Positions 26,553 to 35,560 of a stretch of DNA of 35,560 nt are shown piece after piece. Position numbers and translations under genes: made by a program. This DNA comes from Acidimicrobiia bacterium. Lineage in GTDB: Bacteria; Actinomycetota; Acidimicrobiia; Spongiisociales; SHLN01. Where the stretch lies: assembly GCA_041619515.1 (NCBI GenBank), contig JBFKDW010000024.1:1-35560 (forward strand). Reading direction: 5' to 3'. The notes beneath the pieces were generated by a model, which worked only from the letters and a program-made list of their open reading frames with translations, searched no databases and had not been told where the DNA came from. Every line of letters starts with the position of its first letter. Position 1 is the first letter of the stretch.

Positions 26553-26661
26553 GGGTCTCCTCGTCCCGGCTGAAGGGCGCGAATTCTAAGCGTGAATGGC
26601 CTCGCCGGCCATACCCCACTATGTTCGGCATGAGTTTGCCGGGGCTGAAAGGATGTATCCG

Positions 26662-27171
26662 ATGAAGCGACTGCTCCTGCTGCGACACGCCAAATCCGAC
26701 TGGGATTCGGGAGCCGCCACCGATCACGAGCGGCCCCTGGCATCCCGGGGCCGGAAGGCGGCCAAGGCAATGGGCCGGTTCATGGCGCAGTCGGGGATCA
26801 TCCCCGACTATGCCGTCACCTCCAGCGCAGTGCGAGCCCGCACGACGCTGGAGCTGGCGATGACAGCGGGTGAATGGGCGTGTCCGGTCAGCGAGACCAG
26901 CGAGCTGTACCACGCCGGCGTCGACGACGTGCTGGCGGTGGTGAGTGAGAGCGCCGACTCCGACAACACGGTCCTCGTCGTCGGACACCAGCCAACCTGG
27001 GGAGGCGTCGTCGAGCGGTTGACCGGAGCGTCTACCCGGATGGCCACGGGCACGCTGGTCGGCATCGACTTTGGAATGGACTCCTGGAGCTGGCTCCGTC
27101 CCGGCAGCGGCGAGCTGGCCTTCATCATCCCACCGCGTCTGCTCACCGACGGCACGATCGACCTTGGCTGA
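26662..27171 (+). CDS. sixA: SixA-like histidine phosphatase
   Basis: LLLLRHAKS, DHERPL..RG, SSAVRARTT, VVGHQP. Confidence 0.85.
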   Translation: MKRLLLLRHAKSDWDSGAATDHERPLASRGRKAAKAMGRFMAQSGIIPDYAVTSSAVRARTTLELAMTAGEWACPVSETSELYHAGVDDVLAVVSESADSDNTVLVVGHQPTWGGVVERLTGASTRMATGTLVGIDFGMDSWSWLRPGSGELAFIIPPRLLTDGTIDLG

Positions 27172-27826
27172 CTACGACGTCGTCGGCGACGTCCACGGCT
27201 GCAGCCATACTCTCCACCGACTGCTCGACGAGCTCGGCTACTCCGAGGACGGGAGCCATCCGGCGGGCCGCCGGCTCGCCTTCGTCGGCGATCTCGTCAA
27301 TCGCGGGCGCCACTCGGAGGCGACGTTCATCTATGTGATGCGACTGGTCGGAACCGGCCGCGCCTCGGTGGTGCGCGGCAACCACGACGTGGAGTGGGCC
27401 AACACCCATCCGGAGCTGGGGCGATGGATTGCGTCGATGCCCCTCCAGTTGCTGGTGGACGACGGCAAGCTGCTCGTCGTCCACGCCGCAGCAAACGCAG
27501 CCGTGATCGGCCGGACCGACGCCGAGGCCGAGCACTGGTGCCTGCACGGCAACCCCTCGGTCGGCGCCGGAGGCGAGGAGGTGCGGCCCGACTGGCAAGC
27601 CACCTATGACGCCGACGCGTTCGCGGTCGCAGGCCACTCCGTCGTCAAGGAGCCGAGGTTTCGGGAGGCCGGCGGTGGATCGGTGATCATCGACACGGGC
27701 GCCTCACACGGAGCCGGGGCGCTGGATCGGTTCACGGGTGAGCGCTTCGAGGGATATCTCACAGCTCTCCGCTGGCCCGAACGCACCACGCACAGCGTCC
27801 CGACCGACCCCCGGGACCTGGTGTGA
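27164..27826 (+). CDS. PrpE/ApaH-like metallophosphoesterase
   Basis: VGDVHGC, FVGDLVNRG, RGNHD, VVHA, AGHS, IDTG; TTG start overlaps the end of sixA. Confidence 0.82.
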   Translation: MADYDVVGDVHGCSHTLHRLLDELGYSEDGSHPAGRRLAFVGDLVNRGRHSEATFIYVMRLVGTGRASVVRGNHDVEWANTHPELGRWIASMPLQLLVDDGKLLVVHAAANAAVIGRTDAEAEHWCLHGNPSVGAGGEEVRPDWQATYDADAFAVAGHSVVKEPRFREAGGGSVIIDTGASHGAGALDRFTGERFEGYLTALRWPERTTHSVPTDPRDLV

Positions 27827-27869
27827 GCGAGCAGACCGTGGTCCCGGCAGGCCCGCGACTGCACCAATT

Positions 27870-27889
27870 CCCCCCGGCACGCCGGGGGG
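27870..27889. terminator. Hairpin between convergent genes
   Basis: CCCCCCGG-cacg-CCGGGGGG. Confidence 0.5.
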
Positions 27890-27895
27890 TCCAGC

Positions 27896-28954
27896 TCAGC
27901 GGGACAGCTGCTCGGCGCGGGCGGCGACCAGCTCGACCAGGTCGCCGAGACCAGAGAAACGCTCATCCCGGGTCTGGCCGCGCAGCCAGCGGATGTGGAT
28001 CTGGGCCAGGATGACGGCCAGGCGGTACAGCGCCAGCACGTGATAGAACCCGATGTCCGACACATCTCGCCCGCTGGCATGGGCGTAGCGTTCGACTACC
28101 TCCGCTCGGCTGGGAAAGCCGGTGGCGTCGCCGGGCATCGGCGAGAACGCCCGCACCTCGTCGGGATCATCCTCGTCGATCCAGTAGGCGAGCAGCGTCC
28201 CGAGATCCGACAGCGGGTCGCCGAGGGTGGCCATGTCCCAATCGAAGACGGCCACCAGCCGGCCGGGATCGTCGGCGGCGAACATCGAGTTGTCCAGCTT
28301 GTAGTCGTTGTGGATCAGCGCCGAACCCGTGTCGGCGGGCAGGTGACCGGCCAACCAGTCGTGCACCCGGTCCATGGCGGGCACGGGTTTGGCCATGGCC
28401 TTCTCCCAGCGCCTCTGCCAACCCGCGACCTGCCGCTCGATGAATCCGTCCGGTCGGCCGAGATCGCTCAGCCCGAGCGCCTCGTAGTCGATGGCGTGCA
28501 GCCGGGCCAGCCCGTCCACCAGGCCGTCACCCAGCCGCCGGGGAGCGTCGGGCACACCTGCGAACACGCCGGGCATTCGTCTCCGCACGACCACTCCGTA
28601 GCGGCGCTCCATCACGAAGAAGGGAGCGCCGATGATCGTCTCGTCCTCACAGAGCAGGAACGATCGGGGGGCGGGGTCGTAGGCCTCCCAGATTCGGGAA
28701 AGCACCGCGTGCTCTCGGGACATGTCGTGTGACCTCGGAGCAACCGGGCCGAGCGGGGGGCGCCGCAGCACGTAGACGTTGGGGCCGTAATCCAGCTCGT
28801 AGGTGAGATTGGCCGCTCCGCCCCCGAACTGTCTCACGGTCAACGGGCCATCCGAGCCGGCGAGCCGCCCCCGCAGGTAGGCTGCGACGGCGGCTTCGTC
28901 GAACCGCTCGTCGGGCCTCACGGGGATGGTCTCGTCGGCGGGCTCGGGAATCAT
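27896..28954 (-). CDS. Phosphotransferase family protein (APH/ACAD10-like)
   Basis: GGAANLTY, VLRRPP, HDMSRE, IHNDYKLDN, FDWDMATLGDPLSDLG. Confidence 0.9.
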   Translation of the reverse strand: MIPEPADETIPVRPDERFDEAAVAAYLRGRLAGSDGPLTVRQFGGGAANLTYELDYGPNVYVLRRPPLGPVAPRSHDMSREHAVLSRIWEAYDPAPRSFLLCEDETIIGAPFFVMERRYGVVVRRRMPGVFAGVPDAPRRLGDGLVDGLARLHAIDYEALGLSDLGRPDGFIERQVAGWQRRWEKAMAKPVPAMDRVHDWLAGHLPADTGSALIHNDYKLDNSMFAADDPGRLVAVFDWDMATLGDPLSDLGTLLAYWIDEDDPDEVRAFSPMPGDATGFPSRAEVVERYAHASGRDVSDIGFYHVLALYRLAVILAQIHIRWLRGQTRDERFSGLGDLVELVAARAEQLSR

Positions 28955-28983
28955 CGGCTGTACCCGATGCCGGTAAACGCTCC

Positions 28984-29005
28984 TGTCACGCTCGAAGAGT
29001 AGGTT
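28984..29005 (+). promoter_or_regulatory. PafBC/WYL-like promoter TGTCAC-N10-TAGGTT
   Basis: TGTCACGCTCGAAGAGTAGGTT, upstream of the AAAGGAGG RBS of the VOC gene. Confidence 0.45.
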
Positions 29006-29030
29006 CACAGAGAGAAAGGAGGCATATCCG

Positions 29031-29828
29031 ATGCCAGAACGAACGTCATACGAGCCGGGAACCTTTTCCTGGGTCGACCTCTCTACCAGCGACGTCGAGG
29101 CCGCCAAGGCCTTCTATGCCGCGCTGCTGGGCTGGGAGTACCGCGCAGAGGAGACACCCCGGGGTCCCTACATCATGGCTCTCAAGGACGGCAAGGCGGT
29201 AGCCGGGATGGGGAGTCAGCCCGATGAGCAGAGGGACATGGGAATCCCCTCGATGTGGAATCCGTACGTCGCGGTGACCGACGCAGACGATGCCGCCGCC
29301 AAAGCCGCCCAGCTCGGAGGCAGTGTGGTGGTTGCCCCGATGGACGCAATGGAGGCCGGCCGGATGGCCTTCGTCGCCGCCCCCGGCGGTGAGGTGTTCG
29401 GCGTCTGGGAGCCGAAGAACCACATCGGAGCCGGCCTGGTGGGCGAACACGGCTCGGTCGTGTGGAATGAACTGGCTACTCGGGATCTCGATGGCGCCAA
29501 GAGCTTCTATTCGGCGCTGTTCGGATGGGAGATCAGCACCGGCCCCGTCGGCAACACCGATATGGAGTATTCCGTTGCGCGGGTGGGAGAGGCAATGGCG
29601 GCCGGCCTCATGGAAATGAACGAGAACTTTCCGCCGGATGTGCCGCCACACTGGCTGACGTACTTCGAAGTCGACGATTGTGAAGCGGCGGTCGCCACGG
29701 CCAAAGACAGCGGCGGGCAGGTGATCGTCCCACCGATGTCGATCGAGGACGTTGGCACCTTCGCCACGCTGCAGGATCCGACCGGCGGCGTGTTCTCTGT
29801 GATGACATCGGCGCCGATGCCGGGCTAG
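29031..29828 (+). CDS. Two-domain VOC/glyoxalase family protein (Cfp32-like)
   Basis: PGTFSWVDL..AKAFY..LLGW and WNELATRD..AKSFY..LFGW duplicated domains; strong RBS. Confidence 0.9.
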   Translation: MPERTSYEPGTFSWVDLSTSDVEAAKAFYAALLGWEYRAEETPRGPYIMALKDGKAVAGMGSQPDEQRDMGIPSMWNPYVAVTDADDAAAKAAQLGGSVVVAPMDAMEAGRMAFVAAPGGEVFGVWEPKNHIGAGLVGEHGSVVWNELATRDLDGAKSFYSALFGWEISTGPVGNTDMEYSVARVGEAMAAGLMEMNENFPPDVPPHWLTYFEVDDCEAAVATAKDSGGQVIVPPMSIEDVGTFATLQDPTGGVFSVMTSAPMPG

Positions 29829-29866
29829 CCCATCCGGGATCATCTCCTGGGCACCGGATGCGAGAT

Positions 29867-29890
29867 CGGGGGAGGCCCGCGCCTCCCCCG
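29867..29890 (+). terminator. Hairpin after the VOC gene
   Basis: CGGGGGAGGC-ccgc-GCCTCCCCCG. Confidence 0.55.
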
Positions 29891-29922
29891 CTCGCCTTTC
29901 CGGCACCGGTAGCCTGCTCGGC

Positions 29923-30567
29923 ATGCAGCCGACCGATCGCACCGAGGTTCGCCGCCTCCCCGACCGTGCCGACTACAGGGTCGGCACGATCAACGCCATC
30001 CTCGACGAGGCGCTGATGTGCCACGTGGGATTCACTTCCGACGACGGCTACCCGGTGGTGATTCCGACCATTCACGCCCGCTCCGGCCGAACGCTCTACC
30101 TGCACGGCTCACCGGCGAGCAGAATGCTGCGCTCGGTGCGAGACGGCTCCGACGTGTGCGTCACCGTCACCCTGCTCGACGGGCTGGTGCTGGCCCGGTC
30201 CGTGTTCCACCACTCGATGAACTACCGGTCGGTCATGATCTTCGGGACGCCGCGCGAGGTGACCGACCGAGACGAGAAGATGCGGGCTCTGGCGGCAATC
30301 ACCGACCACGTCGCCCGCGGCCGCTGGGCAGACGCCCGCCACCCGAACGAAACCGAGTTCAAAGGGACCACCGTGCTGGGCATCGAGATCGAGGAGGCTT
30401 CGGCCAAGATCCGTAGCGGACCGCCCGGCGACGACGAGGAGGACTACGACCTGCCGATCTGGGCTGGTGTGATCCCGGTCACCACCACGTTCGGGGAAGC
30501 GATCGACGATCCACGGCTGGGCGGCGATATCGCCCTACCCGGATACGTCAGCGACTACCGGCGTTAG
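29923..30567 (+). CDS. Pyridoxamine 5'-phosphate oxidase-like flavin-binding protein
   Basis: ILDE..CHVGF, LYLHGS..SRM, DGLVLARS.FHHSMNYRSV, SAKIR.GPP, WAGV. Confidence 0.9.
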   Translation: MQPTDRTEVRRLPDRADYRVGTINAILDEALMCHVGFTSDDGYPVVIPTIHARSGRTLYLHGSPASRMLRSVRDGSDVCVTVTLLDGLVLARSVFHHSMNYRSVMIFGTPREVTDRDEKMRALAAITDHVARGRWADARHPNETEFKGTTVLGIEIEEASAKIRSGPPGDDEEDYDLPIWAGVIPVTTTFGEAIDDPRLGGDIALPGYVSDYRR

Positions 30568-32363
30568 GAAGCGGCGACGATCTTGCTCACCTTGCCGTCG
30601 AAGGTGGTCAGGTACAGCTCGCCGTTGCCGTCCTCACCGAAGGACGACACCGTGCCGGCTATCCCGGCATCCCACTGGCGAGAGGTCACGATTCGATCGC
30701 CGTCGTAGAACAGGCCGCGGAGGAACTTCCCGCAGAAATCGCTGTAGAGGTAGCTGCCGTGGAGGCCGTCGATGTCCCAGCCGCGATAGACGAACCCTCC
30801 CGTCACCGAACATCCCTCGTTCGGGTTCGGATACGAGACGAGCGGCTGAATGAAGTCACTCGTGTCACACCCGGCGGTCCCGTTCGGGTAACAGGCAGGC
30901 CCTTCCTGCACGTTCCACCCGAAGTTGCGCCTGGTGGTGAAGCGGGACACGACGCTCACCTCTTCCCAGTCGTTCTGTCCGACGTCGCCGATGTAGATGA
31001 GGTCATTATCCCAATCGAACCGCCAGGGATTGCGCAAGCCGATCGCCCACACATGGTCCGGCCGGGTGCCGTCCACGTCGATCGCAACGATTGCGCCCAG
31101 AGGACTGGAGGCGTTCTGGCCGTGGCGGGATGGATCGCCGGTTCCCCCACCGTCCCCGAGGCCGACGTAGAGCCGTCCGTCCGGCCCGAATTGGATCATG
31201 CCGCCGTTGTGATTGCCCCGGGGCTGGTCGACCGAGAGCACGGTGCCCACCACCTGAGGGCCGTTGGCACCGTCCCGATACTCGACGACTCGCGTATCGC
31301 CCGCCGGGTTCGTGTAGTGCACGTAGAAGAGCCCGTTGCCGGCGAATCCGGGGTGGAAGGCCATGCCGAGCAGGCCCTGCTCGGTGCCGTCGCTCACCGC
31401 GCCGGTCAGATCGAGGAACGACCCCGGCAGCACCCCGCCGTTCTCAACGATGCGTATCCGACCACGCTGCTCGACGACGAACAGCCGACCGTCGCCGGTT
31501 GGCGCGGTCACGAGGACGGGGCGGCTGAACCCGGTCGCCACCGTTTCCAATGCCAAGTCCGGCAGGGGCGGCGAGTCGCCCAGATAGCCCGCTACCGGCA
31601 GCCAGTCCGGCCGGCCAAACGTAAAGAACTCGTCGCCCTGCAGCTGCTCGTTGTCGTTCACGAGGACAAAGCTCCCGTTGAACTTGAAGACGCCGAGCGT
31701 GTCGACCCCGTCTGCGTCCCAATCGCCGGTGACGACCGTCGAGTCACTGCCGGCGGTCCAGAACGTCCCGTCGGCGGACGCGACACCACCGCTCTTGGTG
31801 GGAAGCTCATAGGTCAGGAATGACCAGTTCTCGGCTCCCCGATGCACGCCAACGGTGTCCCTCCCGTCGCCGTTGAAGTCACCGGCGATGGGCCGATCGC
31901 CGGGTGCTCCGAAATAGAAGTCGAGGTCGGCAAAGGACGTGTCGAGCTGGTTGTTGAGAAAGAAGCGACCGTCCCGGAAGATCCCGAGGGTGTCGCAACC
32001 ATCCCCGTTCCAATCCCCCGCCACCGGCACATCGCCGGGAATCCCGAAGAAGAACTGCCGGTCCGCCACGCCAAAGTCGTTGCTGTTGCGCAGGTAGACC
32101 AGGCCGGTGGATTCCCGGTAGAGCGCCACGGTGTCGAGACCGTCACAGTCCCAGTCCCCCAGCAGCGGGGTGTCGCCCGGAACCCCGAAGTAGAAGGACG
32201 TGAGGCGCCCGTCCGGGTATCGAAGGTGCCAGCGGCCCGAGCTCGGGTTGAAGAGGCCGACCTCGTCGGGGCTGCCGACGGCAGCAGGTGCCGGCGGCGC
32301 CGGTGCCGCCAGGACGGCGGCGAACAGCGTGGCGGCGGCGAGTGCAATGAGTGGCTTTTTCAT
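30564..32363 (-). CDS. Secreted PQQ-dependent sugar dehydrogenase with N-terminal FG-GAP-like repeats
   Basis: Signal peptide, repeated GD(W/F)xxDG, EQGLLGMAFHP, NHNGG, GLRNPWR, DVGQ..WEE. Confidence 0.88.
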   Translation of the reverse strand: MKKPLIALAAATLFAAVLAAPAPPAPAAVGSPDEVGLFNPSSGRWHLRYPDGRLTSFYFGVPGDTPLLGDWDCDGLDTVALYRESTGLVYLRNSNDFGVADRQFFFGIPGDVPVAGDWNGDGCDTLGIFRDGRFFLNNQLDTSFADLDFYFGAPGDRPIAGDFNGDGRDTVGVHRGAENWSFLTYELPTKSGGVASADGTFWTAGSDSTVVTGDWDADGVDTLGVFKFNGSFVLVNDNEQLQGDEFFTFGRPDWLPVAGYLGDSPPLPDLALETVATGFSRPVLVTAPTGDGRLFVVEQRGRIRIVENGGVLPGSFLDLTGAVSDGTEQGLLGMAFHPGFAGNGLFYVHYTNPAGDTRVVEYRDGANGPQVVGTVLSVDQPRGNHNGGMIQFGPDGRLYVGLGDGGGTGDPSRHGQNASSPLGAIVAIDVDGTRPDHVWAIGLRNPWRFDWDNDLIYIGDVGQNDWEEVSVVSRFTTRRNFGWNVQEGPACYPNGTAGCDTSDFIQPLVSYPNPNEGCSVTGGFVYRGWDIDGLHGSYLYSDFCGKFLRGLFYDGDRIVTSRQWDAGIAGTVSSFGEDGNGELYLTTFDGKVSKIVAAS

Positions 32364-32469
32364 GCGACGGAGGGTAATCGCACGTCCTTCCTACCAAGCA
32401 CCAAATGCACTAGTCCCCTTCGGCGGGCGGTCCCTCAAGGAACTCGGCGGTCCGTCGACCATTGTCCAG

Positions 32470-33213
32470 GTGAGCCGATCCACCCTCCTCATCATCAGCC
32501 TGATGGCCTCACTGGCCATGCTGGCGGCCGTGGTCCTTGCCAGGCAACCGGCGCCGGCCGGCGACATCACAGCCAGCTACGAGGTGCGGGGCGACAGCAT
32601 CGTTCTCCTGGAAGGCGAGGCCGAGGGCTGGCACGCCGAAGCTTGGGAACGATGGATCGAGCTGGTCCCTTCGTCGGCTCGCTGGAGGGTCGGCCGCTTC
32701 GACGCGATCGCCGGTCCCAACGACGGACAGGTGGAGCCGATCTCGAGCAGTCTGCAGGTGTGGAGCCTCCGGATCGCCGAGTTGGACGAAGACGTCCTGG
32801 ACCTGGCGCTCATCCACGAGCTGGGACACCTCGTTTCGCTCGGCCCCAGCGAGGTGGTGCCTGCCACCGATCCCTCGGTGGAGGCGGACTGCCTCACCTA
32901 TTTCTCGGTCGAGGGCTGTGCGGTGCCGGGTGGGCTGTTCGAGCGGTTCACGAGCCAGTTCTGGGACGTTGAGAACGGCTGGCTATCCGGCGACGCCGCG
33001 GCCGAGGACAGGTACCGGCGGCACCCGGAGTCCTACGTCACCCGGTACGCGGCCACCAACCCGGGTGAGGACCTTGCCGAGACGTTCGTCTTCTTCGTGT
33101 ATCGCCTTCGCCCCGACCCCAGCACGGTGGCAGATGAGAAGATCGCTCTCCTGTGGCAGTTCCCCGACCTGGTAGAGCTGCGCCGGTCGCTGCGACGCGC
33201 CCTGCAAAGCTGA
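32470..33213 (+). CDS. Putative exported zinc metallopeptidase
   Basis: Hydrophobic N-terminus, IHELGH, YAATNPGEDLAETF. Confidence 0.7.
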   Translation: MSRSTLLIISLMASLAMLAAVVLARQPAPAGDITASYEVRGDSIVLLEGEAEGWHAEAWERWIELVPSSARWRVGRFDAIAGPNDGQVEPISSSLQVWSLRIAELDEDVLDLALIHELGHLVSLGPSEVVPATDPSVEADCLTYFSVEGCAVPGGLFERFTSQFWDVENGWLSGDAAAEDRYRRHPESYVTRYAATNPGEDLAETFVFFVYRLRPDPSTVADEKIALLWQFPDLVELRRSLRRALQS

Positions 33214-33216
33214 CGA

Positions 33217-35560
33217 TCACCTGAAGTCCCGGCTCGCGACCTTTTCCACGATCAGCGGATGGAAGCGGCGTGCCACCAGATTCGTGACCCCGTCCCGGTA
33301 TTCCAGGATGCCTTCGATGATCAGCCCCACCTCTTTGCGGGCAATCTCGCGCTGGGCATTCCACACGGCCGGCAGCACGACGATGTTGAGCAAGCCGGTC
33401 TCATCTTCGAGATTGAAGAACATCACGCCGTTGGCCGTGCTGGGCCGCTGGCGATGGGTGACGATGCCCCCCACCCGGGCCCGTTTGCCATGGCGTTTGC
33501 GGCCGAGCGCTTCGGCGACGCTGAGGCATCCGGCTTCCTGCAACTGGTGCCGAACAAACTCAACCGGGTGGCGGGAGGAGACTCCGGTTGCCCACAGATC
33601 GGCCTGCATTTCCTCCAACTCCGTCATGCCGGGAAGCGGCGGCGCCGCCACCCCGGCGGCCAGTGCCAGCCGATCAGGCCCCAGCCCGGCGGCAGCCCCC
33701 GCCGCCCACATCCCTTCCCGTCTTCCCACGCCGAGCAACTCGAGAGCACCGGCGGCGGCCAGGCTCTCCAGGGCGTCGAGGGGAAGACCGGTCCGTTGCG
33801 CCAGGTCTTCCACCGACTCGAATGCGTCACCGAATTGCCGGGCGGCTTCGATGCGGGTGATCTCGGCGTCCCCGAGGTTGCGCACATACCGAAGACCCAT
33901 CCGGAGAGCCACCGCCGGCCGAAGCGGGTCGCCTTCGGGGCCGCGTCCCCGGCGATAGCGCATGCCGTAGTAGGTGGCGATGTCGGCGGGATCGGCTTCG
34001 GCCGGTTCGACCGTGCAATCGTATTCGGAGCGATTGACGTCGGGCCCTTCGACGATGACCCCATGGCGCTGGGAATCCTGCACGAGCGAGTTCGGGCTGT
34101 AGAACCCCATCGGCTGGGCATTGAGCAGCCCGCACAGGAACTCGGTCGGCCAGTGGTACTTGAGCCACGAGGAGGCATACACGATGTAGGCGAAGCTGAC
34201 GGAGTGGCTCTCGGGAAAGCCGAAGGCAGCGAAACCCTGCAGCTTCTCCCAGATCTCATCGGCCGCGGGCCCGGTGATCCCGTTGCCGGCCATGCCCTCA
34301 TACAGCTCGTTCTCGAGCTTGGCCATCGCCTCGACACTACGCTTGGAGGACATGGCCATCCGCAGCCGGTCGGTCTGGCCGCCGCTGAAGCCGGCGCACA
34401 CCCGGGCAAGCTCCATGAGCTGCTCCTGAAACACCGGAACCCCGAGCGTCTTCTCCAGGATGGGCTTTGCCAGCGGGTGCGGGTAGGTGATGGGCGCCTC
34501 CCCATTGCGCCGCTGCAGGAAGGGATGCACCGAGTGCCCCTGGATGGGACCGGGCCGGATGAGGGCAACTTCGATCGCCAGGTCGTAGAAGGTCTTCGGC
34601 TTCATGCGGGGCAGCGTCGCCATTTGGGCCCGTGACTCGACCTGAAACACCCCGACGGTGTCGGCCTTCGTGAGCATCTCGTAGATCACCGGCTCCTGTG
34701 GGATGGTTGCGAGATCGACTTCGACGTCGTGGGTGTCGCGGATGACGTCGACGGCAAGGTGCAGGGCATTGAGCATGCCGAGCCCGAGCAGGTCGAACTT
34801 GACGATCCCGATAGCGGCGCACGATTCCTTGTCCCACTGCAGGACGGATCGGTCCTGCATCCGGCCCCACTCGAGCGGCACCACCTCGTGCAGCGGCCGA
34901 TCGGCAATGACGACTCCCCCGGAGTGGATACCGAGATGGCGGGGAAACCCGTCCAGACGGTGACAGGTCTCGTAGATCAAGTCGGCGGTGAGGCCGGCCG
35001 GGAGGTCGACCTGAGCGGCGATGGATCCGGGATCACGAGTATCGAGATACTTTGTGAGCCCGTTCACCTGGGCCTGTGTCAGCCCGAACGCCTTGCCGAC
35101 ATCCTGCAGCACCGAGCGCGCCCGGTAGGTGATGACGTTGGCCACCATGGCGGCTCGTTCCCGCCCATAGCGCTGATAGCAGTATTGGATGACTTCTTCG
35201 CGGCGCTCGGCTTCGAAGTCGACGTCGATGTCGGGCGGGCGGCCGCGCTCCTCAGATAGGAAGCGCTCGAAAGGCAGATGCAGCCGAATCGGGTCGACCC
35301 GGGTGAGACCGATGCAGCGGCACACTGCGGAGTCCGCACCCGAGCCCCGTATCTGGCAGTAGATGTCGCGGGAACGGGCAAACTCCACGAGATCCCACAC
35401 CACCAGGAAGTAACCGGGGAAGCCGAGCTCATCGATGATCCTCAGCTCATGCTCGAGACGGGCTGCCGCCCCGGGTTCGACCCCACCGGCGCCATCTGGA
35501 TACACATCCCGGGCACCCTCGAACACGAGATGACGCAAATAATCCATCTCGCTTCGGAAA
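33217..35560 (-). CDS. dnaE2: Error-prone DNA polymerase DnaE2 (5' part outside window)
   Basis: RGSGA, PPDIDVDFE..RREEVIQY, PRHLGIHSGG, GVFQVESRAQM, GFPESH, RQRPSTA, C-terminal SRDFR. Confidence 0.96.
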   Translation of the reverse strand, partial: FRSEMDYLRHLVFEGARDVYPDGAGGVEPGAAARLEHELRIIDELGFPGYFLVVWDLVEFARSRDIYCQIRGSGADSAVCRCIGLTRVDPIRLHLPFERFLSEERGRPPDIDVDFEAERREEVIQYCYQRYGRERAAMVANVITYRARSVLQDVGKAFGLTQAQVNGLTKYLDTRDPGSIAAQVDLPAGLTADLIYETCHRLDGFPRHLGIHSGGVVIADRPLHEVVPLEWGRMQDRSVLQWDKESCAAIGIVKFDLLGLGMLNALHLAVDVIRDTHDVEVDLATIPQEPVIYEMLTKADTVGVFQVESRAQMATLPRMKPKTFYDLAIEVALIRPGPIQGHSVHPFLQRRNGEAPITYPHPLAKPILEKTLGVPVFQEQLMELARVCAGFSGGQTDRLRMAMSSKRSVEAMAKLENELYEGMAGNGITGPAADEIWEKLQGFAAFGFPESHSVSFAYIVYASSWLKYHWPTEFLCGLLNAQPMGFYSPNSLVQDSQRHGVIVEGPDVNRSEYDCTVEPAEADPADIATYYGMRYRRGRGPEGDPLRPAVALRMGLRYVRNLGDAEITRIEAARQFGDAFESVEDLAQRTGLPLDALESLAAAGALELLGVGRREGMWAAGAAAGLGPDRLALAAGVAAPPLPGMTELEEMQADLWATGVSSRHPVEFVRHQLQEAGCLSVAEALGRKRHGKRARVGGIVTHRQRPSTANGVMFFNLEDETGLLNIVVLPAVWNAQREIARKEVGLIIEGILEYRDGVTNLVARRFHPLIVEKVASRDFR

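Noticed and set aside
27896..28954. Aminoglycoside resistance gene
   Set aside because: Motifs fit the ACAD10-like metabolic phosphotransferases; nothing supports a resistance role
32435..32462. TCAAG-N14-GTCGACCA as a sigma-28/WhiG-like promoter
   Set aside because: Mismatches to GCCGATAA and only a single instance

Overview
GC-rich actinobacterial DNA; the gene content, the TCGAAC-N4-GTTCGA LexA box and the many leaderless TAnnnT-N5-8-start promoters suggest Acidimicrobiia or a relative (inference). About 34 protein genes are present. No rRNA, tRNA or CRISPR array was seen. Main blocks: (1) 1.2-7.4 kb, a convergent membrane cluster with a DUF4032 kinase-like protein, an LPG-synthase/flippase-like protein, two intact PAP2 phosphatases, a Cys-rich lipoprotein and a fusion of a catalytically degenerate PAP2 domain to an intact kinase; this is the best candidate for an undescribed system. 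(2) A frameshifted DUF222/HNH (REP13E12-like) element with a LexA box and a PafBC-like TGTC-N12-(T/C)AnnnT promoter; the same promoter motif recurs before an unknown zinc-ribbon gene and a VOC gene. (3) A secreted 5'-nucleotidase/PhoA-like enzyme and an ExeM/NucH nuclease that share a near-identical promoter and related structured leaders. (4) aroQ, LipL-like ligase, aspC-like aminotransferase, ferritin, ppk1/sixA/ApaH-like genes, a PQQ sugar dehydrogenase and a partial dnaE2. All family calls come from motif recognition by eye, not from database searches.
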